Part shown: positions 20,799 through 30,044 of the stretch, piece after piece | How the letters are laid out: each line of letters begins with the position of its first letter | Position numbering within the stretch: position 1 is the stretch's first letter | Origin: an uncultured bacterium | Lineage (GTDB): Bacteria > Latescibacterota > MWCZ01 > CAZVGZ01 | DNA: 64,000 bases | Direction: 5' to 3' | Assembly: GCA_964627605.1 (NCBI GenBank) | Contig: CAZVGZ010000002.1 | Coordinates: 84,846-148,845 of the forward strand | Position numbers and translations under genes: made by a program | The notes under the pieces: model-generated | What the model was told of the DNA's origin: nothing | Database searches by the model: none | What the model saw: only the letters and a program-made list of their open reading frames with translations

Positions 20799-20840
20799 CT
20801 GAATATCCGTGTGTCCCCAGTTCAATTCTGGGGGGCGCCA
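20799..20840 (+). other. 3' half of a tRNA-Phe-like sequence (probable att-site duplication)
   Basis: CTGAATATCCGTG-TGTC-CCCAG-TTCAATT-CTGGG-GGGCGCCA reads as anticodon loop, variable loop, T arm and acceptor 3' end; no 5' half found. Confidence 0.6.
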
Positions 20841-21007
20841 TACCTTAGCAAATTAAGAGGTTTATGGTCTTCCGTAGACCCCTCTTCTTTTGTCCTCAAA
20901 TACCCCATGGCACACTCACGGCACAGTTCAAAACAAAACGCCACCGTTCTTGGCAGCACTTGAGACGCCTTTACAACACCTCCAGAGCCAATTGGCAAGG
21001 CAGGTCA

Positions 21008-21219
21008 AGCCCTTGGGAGAACGGCTACAACGAGAGCTTTAACGCCAAACTACGGGACGAGTTGCTGAACCGCGAGATCTTCTATACACTGAAGGAAGCG
21101 AAGGCGATGATCGAGCGCTGGCGGTCGATAGCCCGACGAACTGTGTGGACGGATCGTGTTGTATTCGTGCCGCCAACGCTCGAACATTAACACTGGACCG
21201 CATTCAGGGGGGCAGGTCA
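21008..21219 (+). mobile_element. IS3-family transposase 3' remnant with right terminal repeat
   Basis: SPWENGYNESFNAKLRDELLNREIF integrase-core motif; ends ...GGGGGCAGGTCA (IS3-type CA end). Confidence 0.85.
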
Positions 21220-21514
21220 GCGGACCTGAGCAGGATGGAACGCTTAATAGCCTCCCATCGGCGAGCCAACGAGTCGTATATCGACGACGGCATCCGCATT
21301 CTAGAACTAGCGCAACATATTGAAAAATATTTTCTTACACAGCCACCAATCGGAAAAGCGCCGTCTACTGGGATTTCTATTCTCGAACTCCTCGTGGAAG
21401 AACGGACAGTTGACGGTAAAATTCTGGCAACCTTTTGATATTATTGCAGATACGCCAGATGATCCCAACAATGAAAACGCCGCTTTGGAGGACCAAAACG
21501 GCGTTTCTGAAATC
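21220..21514 (+). pseudogene. C-terminal remnant of a large serine recombinase, frameshifted, abutting the tRNA-Pro 3' end
   Basis: ANESYIDDGIRILELAQ...(frameshift)...EKRRLLGFLFSNSSWKNGQLTVKFWQPFDII resembles C-termini of tRNA-targeting serine recombinases. Confidence 0.65.
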
Positions 21515-21591
21515 TGGTCGGGGCGACTGGATTCGAACCAGCGACAACCAGTTCCCCGAACTGGTGCGCTACCGGGCTGCGCTACGCCCCG
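21515..21591 (-). tRNA. tRNA-Pro(GGG)
   Basis: 77-nt cloverleaf CGGGGCG...CGCCCCGACCA; anticodon arm CCAGT-TCGGGGA-ACTGG; T loop TTCGAAT. Confidence 0.92.
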
Positions 21592-21624
21592 ACACTGTAA
21601 TCAAGGCCCAGTAGGCCGTTCTTC

Positions 21625-21701
21625 TGGCGCGCTATAGAGGATTCGAACCTCTGACCTCGGGTTCCGGAGACCCGCGCTCTATCCAGCTGAGCTAATAGCG
21701 C
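21625..21701 (-). tRNA. tRNA-Arg(CCG)
   Basis: 77-nt cloverleaf; anticodon arm CGGGT-CTCCGGA-ACCCG; encoded CCA. Confidence 0.96.
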
Positions 21702-21822
21702 CTATTTCTTCTTATGGCGATTTGCCCGAAGGCGCTTTTTTCTTTTGTGGGTGGCTATCTTGTGACGTTTCCGTTTTTTTCCGCTTGGCAAACAAGCCTC
21801 CTATTGGGAATATGCAACGCTG

Positions 21823-22116
21823 TTACGGCGCGCTTTTATCGATAGCTTCGCGAAGTTGTTTGGACGGCTTGAACGAGGGTACAGGCCTGGCGGGAATAGC
21901 AACGGTCGTTCCCGCGCGCGGGTTTCGCCCAACTCTGGCAGCCCTCAACTGGATTTTGAATGTCCCGAAACCTCTAATCTGTACCTGTCGGCCCTCTTCG
22001 AGAGCCGTAATGACCTGTGCGAGGAACCCTTCCACGACTTCGGCCACCTCTTTTTTGGTCAGTCCGATCTGGTCGGCGAGTTGATCTACGATCTCAGCTT
22101 TGGAAACATTAGCCAT
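21823..22116 (-). CDS. hup: HU family DNA-binding protein
   Basis: VQIRGFGTF, ARVGRNPRAG, PSFKPSKQLREAI. Confidence 0.93.
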   Translation of the reverse strand: MANVSKAEIVDQLADQIGLTKKEVAEVVEGFLAQVITALEEGRQVQIRGFGTFKIQLRAARVGRNPRAGTTVAIPARPVPSFKPSKQLREAIDKSAP

Positions 22117-22154
22117 TGTAATTGATCCTGTCTGCGTGCCGCTAACTAAGGTTG

Positions 22155-23018
22155 CTAGCGCAACGAGTATCGAACCGAGACACCGTAAAACCAGGTGCCG
22201 ACGCGGTGTGCTATCCGATTAACTAGGTAATCCATCAGCCGCGCACGACGCGCAGGCATCTTTATCATTGGTGCATCGTCAGGTGCTTCAACCATCCGCC
22301 GGGCGATGGCTGCGGCATCATCGAGATTGCCGAGTGCATCTACCAACCCCACCGCAAGTGCCTGACGTCCGGTGAGAACACGTCCATCTGCTATCTCTTT
22401 GACCTGCTCCACCGTCATCGCTCGACCCTCAGCGACCGCTTCAACGAACTGATCGTAGGTGTCGTCGATGACTCCTTGAAACAGTGCTCGTTCCCGTTCG
22501 CGCATCGGCCTAAAAGGCGACCCGCTATCTTTAAATCGACCACTTGTAATAGTGTTGAACGCCAATCCCACTCGCCTAAGAAGCGTGTCCACTTGAGTAA
22601 ACTGAGCGATTACCCCGATAGAACCGGTAACCGTCCCAGGATTCGCCACGATACTGTCAGCGGCTGCCGCGATGTAGTAACCGCCCGAAGCAGCAACATT
22701 TCCCATCGACGCCACAATAACGATATCCTGCTCGCTTCTCAAACGCTTGAACTGCCGATATATCTCCTGCGACGCCCCAACCGCACCGCCGGGGCTATCA
22801 ATTCTCAGGACAATCGCAGAGACATCACGTTCTTGCGTCAGGTAACGCAGTTGCCTGCGTGTAGCTTCAGGCGAGGTGATAGGCCCCACCACCTCCACCA
22901 ACCCTATCTCTGCTCGTTCTGGCTTATCATCACCGTTCACTTCCCGCCCAAAAATCACGGCGAGGACCACAATGACAGCCAGAACTGCAAGCCCATCGCG
23001 CATTCGCGGGCGTGCCAT
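22155..23018 (-). CDS. sppA: Signal peptide peptidase SppA (36K type)
   Basis: RIDSPGG, AASGGYY, TGSIGV, SGRFKD, ADGRVLTG. Confidence 0.93.
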   Translation of the reverse strand: MARPRMRDGLAVLAVIVVLAVIFGREVNGDDKPERAEIGLVEVVGPITSPEATRRQLRYLTQERDVSAIVLRIDSPGGAVGASQEIYRQFKRLRSEQDIVIVASMGNVAASGGYYIAAAADSIVANPGTVTGSIGVIAQFTQVDTLLRRVGLAFNTITSGRFKDSGSPFRPMRERERALFQGVIDDTYDQFVEAVAEGRAMTVEQVKEIADGRVLTGRQALAVGLVDALGNLDDAAAIARRMVEAPDDAPMIKMPARRARLMDYLVNRIAHRVGTWFYGVSVRYSLR

Positions 23019-23168
23019 AATATAACCCTCGGCCTCGGCGCACGAAAGCGGCAAACCAGTAATTAACAATACCCCATCCACTTAGCGACGTCAACCGCAT
23101 CACCTGGATAGACGGAGCCGCCAACGTTAGTTTTGTGGGTGGCACATTCTTTTTTTTGAGGATACACC

Positions 23169-24569
23169 GTGCACACATCTTTGGCAAACCTTGAGGATGT
23201 TGGTCGATTCCTTATCGACCTGCCTCAACACTCCTCCGAACTGTTGGTTCCCGACAAAGACATAGTGGTCACCAGGGCACCAGGCCGCCTGGACGTGATG
23301 GGAGGCATCGCGGACTACTGCGGCTCTTTGGTGCTTGAAGCGACACTTAGCGAGGCCACGATAGCTGCCATTCAAAAGAGGGGCGACGACAAGATCGTCC
23401 TCAGATCGGTGGGCGTGTCGTCGGATGGTCTGGCAGAACGGGTGAACCTGCCTGCACCTAACATCGGTAGTTGGACCGGATACCACGCGGTCAGGTCAGG
23501 TTGGGAGTTGACGCCCGAATCCTCCTGGGCGGCGTACGTCGCCGGGTGTCTGGCGACACTTGTCCTAGAGGGTAGGTTGAGCCGTGGATCGCAAGGATTG
23601 AGCGTGTGCATCGTTGGAGAAGTACCGCTTGGTTCAGGTGTCAGTTCGTCCGCATCCCTTGAGGTGGCGGTGATGTGTGGTCTGAATACGCTCTATGATC
23701 TTAATCTATCACCGCTGACTATCGCCAGGTTCTCGCAGGTCACAGAAAACCACATCGTCGGCGCACCGTGCGGGATAATGGATCAGATCACCTCGGCGAT
23801 GGGAAGCTCTGATTCGCTTTTGGCACTCAGATGCCAACCGCACACCATCGAAGGCTTCGTCGAACTACCCAGTGGCATCCGCGTCGTCGGTATCAACTCC
23901 AACGTCAAGCACAGTGTCGGTGGAAGCCTCTACACAGACACCCGGGTGGCGTGCTTTATGGGCCACTCGATTATTGTGGAGCATTTAAGAGATCTCGGAC
24001 AGAGTGAAGACCCTACATCGGGATACCTGTGCCGCCTCTCGCCTGACGATTATCTGCAGTTGAAACATGTCCTGCCGACATCGATGGGTGGCGAGGACTT
24101 TTTACAAAAGTATGGCGGCACTGTTGACCGCGCAACCAGGGTGGCGCCAGAAACCGTCTACAAAATTAGACACTGCACCGAGCATCCGATCTTTCAGAAC
24201 GACAGAGTCGAAAAGTTCAGGTTGCTACTCGAAGACGATGGGAATCTGGACGAGCGGATGTCCAGCGCTGGGGAGCTGATGTACGGGTCGCACTGGAGCT
24301 ATAGTGAGCGCGCAGGGCTTGGCGCGCCTGAAACCGACCGAATTGTTGATCTAGTGCGCGAGCGCGGCGTTGAGTGCGGGCTCTACGGAGTCAAAATCAC
24401 CGGCGGCGGATCAGGGGGCACAGTTGCGGTGCTGTGTCGCACCGACACAGATGAGATCATAGAAGAGATCGCCGCCAAATATCAAGAATCCATCGGCATC
24501 TCACCGCAGGTATTGACCGGTTCATCTCCTGGCGCGTGCGAGGCGGGCCATCTCGTGACCCGGTTGTAG
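23169..24569 (+). CDS. GHMP kinase, galactokinase/L-arabinokinase-like
   Basis: RAPGRLDVMGGIADY, PLGSGVSSSA, CGIMDQ, KITGGGSGGTV. Confidence 0.88.
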   Translation: MHTSLANLEDVGRFLIDLPQHSSELLVPDKDIVVTRAPGRLDVMGGIADYCGSLVLEATLSEATIAAIQKRGDDKIVLRSVGVSSDGLAERVNLPAPNIGSWTGYHAVRSGWELTPESSWAAYVAGCLATLVLEGRLSRGSQGLSVCIVGEVPLGSGVSSSASLEVAVMCGLNTLYDLNLSPLTIARFSQVTENHIVGAPCGIMDQITSAMGSSDSLLALRCQPHTIEGFVELPSGIRVVGINSNVKHSVGGSLYTDTRVACFMGHSIIVEHLRDLGQSEDPTSGYLCRLSPDDYLQLKHVLPTSMGGEDFLQKYGGTVDRATRVAPETVYKIRHCTEHPIFQNDRVEKFRLLLEDDGNLDERMSSAGELMYGSHWSYSERAGLGAPETDRIVDLVRERGVECGLYGVKITGGGSGGTVAVLCRTDTDEIIEEIAAKYQESIGISPQVLTGSSPGACEAGHLVTRL

Positions 24570-24650
24570 CGGATCAGAATCTGTCACCGGCGTGAGCTTT
24601 CTGTTGCGCCGACCTAGACCATAAATCACACAGAAAGTTTGCAGCCCAGA

Positions 24651-25682
24651 ATGACACCTCCATGGGAACAACGTTGGCATTCGCTTAGGCAGGAGTGGGT
24701 GATAATTGCGGCACACCGTTCACTGCGTCCATGGTCTGGCGACACAGTCGTGGAGGCCGACAGCAGCGCATTAGAGACCTATCAACCCGACTGCTACCTC
24801 TGTCCTGGAAATCTCCGCGCCGGTGGAGAGCGAAATCCTGACTACTCAAGCACCTACGTGTTCGACAACGATTTCCCGCCCATTGGCCCGCTGTCGCCAA
24901 CAGCCACATCGGGTCACGGCGTTTTCACAGCCACCCGTGCCCAAGGAATGGCCAGAGTCGTGTGCGCCCACCCAAATCACAGCCTGACGCTCGCAGAGAT
25001 GTCGGCGCAGGAGATTTTTCAAGTGATGGTTGTGTGGGCCGAACAGTACAGGGAGTTGGGAGCGCGCCCTGAGATAAAACACGTTCTGATTTTTGAGAAC
25101 AAAGGCAAAATAGTAGGAGTGAGTAACCCCCACCCACACTGCCAGATATACGCCACAAACTTTGTCATGGACATCACCGCCAGAGAGGTTGAAGCGTCAA
25201 GCAGATATTTGGCAGAAACCGGGCGGGTACTGCTTTCCGACATCCTTATTCAGGAGCGTGAAGACGATCAGCGCATCGTCGCTGAAAACGACACCGCGAT
25301 CGCGTTCGTGCCCTATTTCGCACGGTACACCTATGAGGTCTACGTCGCTCCTCTAACGCACCGGTGCTCCATCGCAGAGATGACAACCGGCGAACTCGTT
25401 GGGCTGGCTGATGTTCTCAAAACGGTCTTGGTGAAATACGATAACCTTTTCGAGATGCCTTTTCCCTACGTCATGGCCCTCCACCAGTCGCCGACTGACG
25501 GCGAAAATCACGACGGCTTCTACTTCCACATTGAGATTCACCCGCCGCTTAGAAACCCATCCACACTCAAATATTTAGCTGGCGCGGAGCTCGGTGGCGG
25601 CAACATCATCAACCCTTCCTTACCAGAAGGAAAAGCTGAGGAACTCAGGTCAGCGTCGGACATCCACTACAAAAATTCGTAG
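24651..25682 (+). CDS. galT: Galactose-1-phosphate uridylyltransferase
   Basis: R..RPW, CYLCPGN.RAGG, FDNDF, FENKG, SNPHPHCQ (HPH nucleophile). Confidence 0.92.
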   Translation: MTPPWEQRWHSLRQEWVIIAAHRSLRPWSGDTVVEADSSALETYQPDCYLCPGNLRAGGERNPDYSSTYVFDNDFPPIGPLSPTATSGHGVFTATRAQGMARVVCAHPNHSLTLAEMSAQEIFQVMVVWAEQYRELGARPEIKHVLIFENKGKIVGVSNPHPHCQIYATNFVMDITAREVEASSRYLAETGRVLLSDILIQEREDDQRIVAENDTAIAFVPYFARYTYEVYVAPLTHRCSIAEMTTGELVGLADVLKTVLVKYDNLFEMPFPYVMALHQSPTDGENHDGFYFHIEIHPPLRNPSTLKYLAGAELGGGNIINPSLPEGKAEELRSASDIHYKNS

Positions 25683-25747
25683 GCTGTTGGGGCTCGAAAG
25701 AGACCTAGGTGTCTGACCTGCGACTCACCCCCCCCCAAAAAAAAAGA

Positions 25748-25805
25748 TTGACATCCTCACGTAGATGACTATACTATGGTTATGGCAGGGGTAGTGATTA
25801 CTACC
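25748..25805 (+). promoter_or_regulatory. Near-consensus sigma70 promoter with downstream operator-like palindrome
   Basis: TTGACA-16nt-TATACT at 25748-25775; GGTAGT-GATT-ACTACC at 25790-25805; GGGGAGGT RBS follows. Confidence 0.55.
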
Positions 25806-25952
25806 GCATTATCGGGGAGGTGGACATGTCTAAGGTGGTGGTGTTTGCAGTAGTCTACTGACCGCATCGGCAGCGCAGAAAGGCTCTGGCCAAACAGCGA
25901 TATTTTGATCTCTCTGTTCTCAGAGGTCATCTCCTATGACACTCCATCAGGC

Positions 25953-27314
25953 CTAAAGCACCAGCCGGTCTGGCGGTCGATAGTCACTCGAAAGCGCGTC
26001 CCACATGTTGCCACACATCTTGCTCATCACAGTCCACTCGCCATCGGTGAGGTTGCCGTGATGGTGGTACAAGAACCGCGTGAGGCCAGCCGACTCAGAC
26101 GCCCTCAAGATCGACTGAAGGTCACGAGCGGACATCGGATCGCCGTCGTGGGGGAATCTGCCAGCGTCAGTCCATGGCACGATTCTTTCTGGGTCATCAA
26201 CCCCACCGAGAGCTCTCTTTGTCTCATCCACCACAACCTCATCAAAGAACTCTTGGAACATCGCGTTTTCAAAATCAATTCTGGTCTCAACCCCAGGCAG
26301 CGACAGACCGAACAGCCCTCGTACATATGACAGCGCCGCGCCATCGCTCAATCCTCTATTCCAGAGGCACAGCGTCTCCACATATCTTCCCACGGTCCCA
26401 ATGAGTCCATCAAACCCCCGATGCCAGAAATAGTGTTTGGGGCAGAGAACATCCAAAAACTCCAGCAGCTTCGTAAAATCGTACCCGCACAGCGGCGCAA
26501 ACGAAGCTGTTCGTGGCCCAACGCCGAGTTTCACCGGACGGCTGGTCTCGGCTTTCACGCAGTCATTCACACCTCGGAAATACGCGGTCAGCGACTCTAT
26601 GCGAAAGTCGAACCACGCCAACAGGTCTTGGTCACCCATCTCCGCCAGATCTCCTGGGAATCCGCTGGTGTTCTTTTGGGGAACCGCATCGCCATCAATG
26701 TTGTGCATCGCATTGAACAACCGATTCTTGGTAGCTACAAGCGCCTGGTAATCGTACCCCAGCTCCTGGCACAATGGCGCGACCGATTCTGGCAGATCGT
26801 CAAATATATACGACCGCTTGTTCATATGGTGCGGCGCTATCTCATATCCCCACTCAGGCCCGTCCATAATAGCGCCATCGACCATCGGATATTGTTGCAA
26901 CGTATCGACCATCCGCGCACACGTCGCCGCTCTGCTTCGTTGGTCGTACAGATGATGCTCGTCACCCCCTGGTCCAGCGCCGGTCTGCGCCTGGAATATC
27001 CACACCGAAAACCCTCTGTCCTTCGCAGCCTGAAATGTTTTTTCAAGCAGCTTCCTTCGGTCTTCCATCGGTTCTGGAGCTTCAGGCGGATCGACGCCAA
27101 GACGTCTATAAACCGCCGGGTCGGGGTCAAAAGTTATCGTCGGTGAGCCGTTTTTTTTAGCAGGCGTGGCATCTTTGAGTAGGTCAGGGGAGTTGAACAC
27201 CAGAGGGCCGATCACCATTCCGTCCACGCCGCCATCCGCCCACGCGTCGAACAGCCGTTCGTGGTCGTTCATGACGTGCTCCAGGTTGCGCATCACATCC
27301 ATCCATATCCGCAT
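25953..27314 (-). CDS. Hypothetical protein, possibly glycoside-hydrolase-like TIM barrel
   Basis: 453-aa ORF with globular composition; VDGAIMDGPE, LDVLCPKHY patterns. Confidence 0.6.
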   Translation of the reverse strand: MRIWMDVMRNLEHVMNDHERLFDAWADGGVDGMVIGPLVFNSPDLLKDATPAKKNGSPTITFDPDPAVYRRLGVDPPEAPEPMEDRRKLLEKTFQAAKDRGFSVWIFQAQTGAGPGGDEHHLYDQRSRAATCARMVDTLQQYPMVDGAIMDGPEWGYEIAPHHMNKRSYIFDDLPESVAPLCQELGYDYQALVATKNRLFNAMHNIDGDAVPQKNTSGFPGDLAEMGDQDLLAWFDFRIESLTAYFRGVNDCVKAETSRPVKLGVGPRTASFAPLCGYDFTKLLEFLDVLCPKHYFWHRGFDGLIGTVGRYVETLCLWNRGLSDGAALSYVRGLFGLSLPGVETRIDFENAMFQEFFDEVVVDETKRALGGVDDPERIVPWTDAGRFPHDGDPMSARDLQSILRASESAGLTRFLYHHHGNLTDGEWTVMSKMCGNMWDALSSDYRPPDRLVL

Positions 27315-27541
27315 TTTTTTCTAGCCCTTCGTTTGGGTGGACTTAGCGGAACTTCAACTCGCTACACATGTTACAATACGGGCGAACATCCCCAAGTCAA
27401 GCAGGACAAAAAAAGGGCAGGCGCGAACCCTACCCGTATCGTCAGTCAAACCGATGTGTCCAGAACCGCTACACCACTTCTACCTCCAGACGTGACGCTT
27501 TCCAAGCATCCATTCCGCCAGCCATATCAGCAAAATCGGTA

Positions 27542-27904
27542 ATGCCTCAGATGACGCACTCTAAGCTCAAGGCCATTGCGAAAGCACCACTTAAGAACGG
27601 CTTCAAGAGAGATGATCGTTTCGGTGCGGCGGTTGCTTTTGTCCCTCCTTATCTGGACACTCGCATGACAATTCAGAGGAGCCGTTTCACGATCCACGGG
27701 TTCAAGTGCTCTGACTTAGAGGAGCAGGTCGGGACAACAAACGCAGACGAAGGAGCTTTGCAGAAATACCTGCTAGATAGAGAAAGATGTGATCACATGC
27801 TGAACGAACTTCGGTATTTCGGAATCTCGCGAGAAACCGTGTATCCCGATCTAGAAGGTTTGGTCGTTGGTATTCGGGCCAGCATGGGCTATCGATTGGG
27901 CTGA
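27542..27904 (+). pseudogene. C-terminal fragment of an FRG-domain protein
   Basis: RMTIQRSRFTIHG and LNELRYFGISRETVYPDLEGL are typical FRG C-terminal motifs; the N-terminal FRG core is not seen; start uncertain. Confidence 0.6.
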
Positions 27905-28038
27905 AATGAGCCGTCGCGCCCCGCCCGCTTGCCGCCTTCAACCGCATTCCGTAGCTTGAATGCTTCATTTCGCCCCTTTTTTCTATCCCCCGACGCCCGT
28001 TCAATCCAAGATGTGGCGTCAAATGAGTAGGAGTAGTT

Positions 28039-29382
28039 GTGGCCAAGGAAAAAAATGAGACGATGGACAAACTGGTGTCGTTGGGCAAACGCAAAGGTTT
28101 TGTGTTTCAAAGTAGCGAGATTTACGGCGGCCTGAATAGCTGCTGGGACTACGGGCCTTTGGGCGTTGAGCTGAAGCGGAATATTCAGGACACCTGGTGG
28201 ACCTGGATGACGCAGCTTCACGACAACATCGACGGCCTTGATGCGTCCATCTTGATGCACCCGAAGGTCTGGGAGGCCTCAGGTCATATTGACAGCTTTA
28301 CAGACCCTTTGGTGGACTGCAACAACTGCAAACAGCGGTTTCGTGAAGATCAACTCGACGACCCGGACAAGTGCCCTAACTGCGGCAAACAGGGTACGCT
28401 TACAGAATCGCGGCAGTTCAACCTGATGTTCAAGACCCACATGGGTCCTCTGGAGGACGCCGCCAATGCGGTGTATCTGAGGCCAGAGACCGCACAGGGC
28501 ATATACGTCGATTACCTCGTCTGCGCAACAGCGATGCGCCGTAAACTGCCGTTCGGAATAGCGCAGGTCGGCAAGGCGTTCAGAAACGAGATCACGCCGG
28601 GGAATTTTATTTTTAGGACCCGCGAGTTCGAGCAGATGGAGATGCAGTTCTTCGTCAAGCCCGGCACGGATATGGAGTGGTACGAGCAGTGGAAGCAGGA
28701 GCGTTTTGCCTACTATCCAGAGAGCTTGGGCGTCGATTCCAACAAAATCCGCCTCCACGAGCACGGGCCAGACGAGCTAGCGCATTACGCCAAAGTGGCG
28801 TACGACATCGAATATGAGTTTCCGTTTGGTTGGGCAGAGCTTGAGGGCATCCATCACCGAACCGACTACGACCTGACGCGGCATCAGGAGTTCTCCGGCA
28901 AGGACATGACTTGGTTCGATGAGGCTGCCAAGGAGCGATTTCACCCCTACATCGTCGAAACCTCAGCGGGGCTTAACAGGACGCTGCTGGTAGTGATGTG
29001 CGATGCGTTCGATGAGGACGACACCTGCAAGGATGTCCGCTCGGTGCTGCGGTTCCATCCTCGACTCGCTCCGGTGAAAGCGGCGATATTCCCCCTGATG
29101 AAACGTGACGGTATGCCAGAGGTTGCCCACAACATCGAGAAATCGCTAAAATCCCATTTCCGCGTACAGTATGACGAAGGCGGATCAGTTGGGCGGCGCT
29201 ACAGGCGAATGGATGAGGTAGGCACGCCATACTGCATAACGGTGGATTCCCAGACACTCGAAGATCAGACGGTGACTATCCGCGACAGAGACTCGATGGA
29301 GCAGGAGCGGTATCTCGCCGACAATTTGGCAACCATTCTTCACGACAGAATCGACTCGTGGCAGCGGCCCGCCAAAGATTAG
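28039..29382 (+). CDS. glyQS: Glycine--tRNA ligase (alpha2 type)
   Basis: WDYGPLG, LRPETAQG, FRNEITPGNFIFRTREFEQME, GRRYRRMDEVGTP. Confidence 0.97.
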   Translation: MAKEKNETMDKLVSLGKRKGFVFQSSEIYGGLNSCWDYGPLGVELKRNIQDTWWTWMTQLHDNIDGLDASILMHPKVWEASGHIDSFTDPLVDCNNCKQRFREDQLDDPDKCPNCGKQGTLTESRQFNLMFKTHMGPLEDAANAVYLRPETAQGIYVDYLVCATAMRRKLPFGIAQVGKAFRNEITPGNFIFRTREFEQMEMQFFVKPGTDMEWYEQWKQERFAYYPESLGVDSNKIRLHEHGPDELAHYAKVAYDIEYEFPFGWAELEGIHHRTDYDLTRHQEFSGKDMTWFDEAAKERFHPYIVETSAGLNRTLLVVMCDAFDEDDTCKDVRSVLRFHPRLAPVKAAIFPLMKRDGMPEVAHNIEKSLKSHFRVQYDEGGSVGRRYRRMDEVGTPYCITVDSQTLEDQTVTIRDRDSMEQERYLADNLATILHDRIDSWQRPAKD

Positions 29383-29441
29383 CGAAATGGTGAATGGGGT
29401 AATGTTGTCGTTTTAGAGCTGACGGTTGCAGAGCGGGTAAT

Positions 29442-30044
29442 ATGCCGACACCGATAAGCTACCAGCGCGAACTTATACGCAAGAGCTGGCATTTCGTGGG
29501 GTTGTCGATCCCCATGGGCATCTTGTTTCTAGGGCCCGACGAAGCGCTTAGATGGTTGATCCCGATCACGCTGTTTTTCGCTGTGGCGGATGTTCTGCGC
29601 ATCTACTGGGGGCCGTGGACCAAGCTCTATGGGAGGCTTTTCGGTGCCGTTACACGCAAAGAAGAGCGAAACCGGCTGAACGGCTCGACATATCTGCTGG
29701 CCGGTGCGATGTTCACGACTCTTATCTTTCACGACGCCGCTCTGGCGGCTTTGGGCGTTGCGTTTACAGTGATAGGTGACGCCGCCGCCGCGCTTGTGGG
29801 GCGCAAGGTGCCGATATGGAAAGTGGGCAACAAATCGTTAGGCGGGATGATAAGCTGCATGATAGGATCGCTGCTGGTAGGGGTAGCGTTTCTGACGTGG
29901 TCAGCTGCGGTTCGCGCTGTAGGGATTGAAACGATCGCCGTGGGGGCGGTGGTGGCGACTATAGCTGAGGCGATGGGCGGAAAACTCAACGACAACCTGA
30001 GTATGCCGTTGTTTAGCGCACTTGCAATGGATTTGGTTCGTTGA
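29442..30044 (+). CDS. Dolichol/phytol kinase (CTP-dependent polyprenol kinase) family membrane protein
   Basis: RKSWH, GDAAAALVG, KSLGG, DNLSMP. Confidence 0.85.
   Translation: MPTPISYQRELIRKSWHFVGLSIPMGILFLGPDEALRWLIPITLFFAVADVLRIYWGPWTKLYGRLFGAVTRKEERNRLNGSTYLLAGAMFTTLIFHDAALAALGVAFTVIGDAAAALVGRKVPIWKVGNKSLGGMISCMIGSLLVGVAFLTWSAAVRAVGIETIAVGAVVATIAEAMGGKLNDNLSMPLFSALAMDLVR

Noticed and set aside
27905-28030. Possible T-box or riboswitch upstream of glyQS
   Set aside because: Only a small hairpin and T-run; no T-box consensus or specifier stem, and the leader is short
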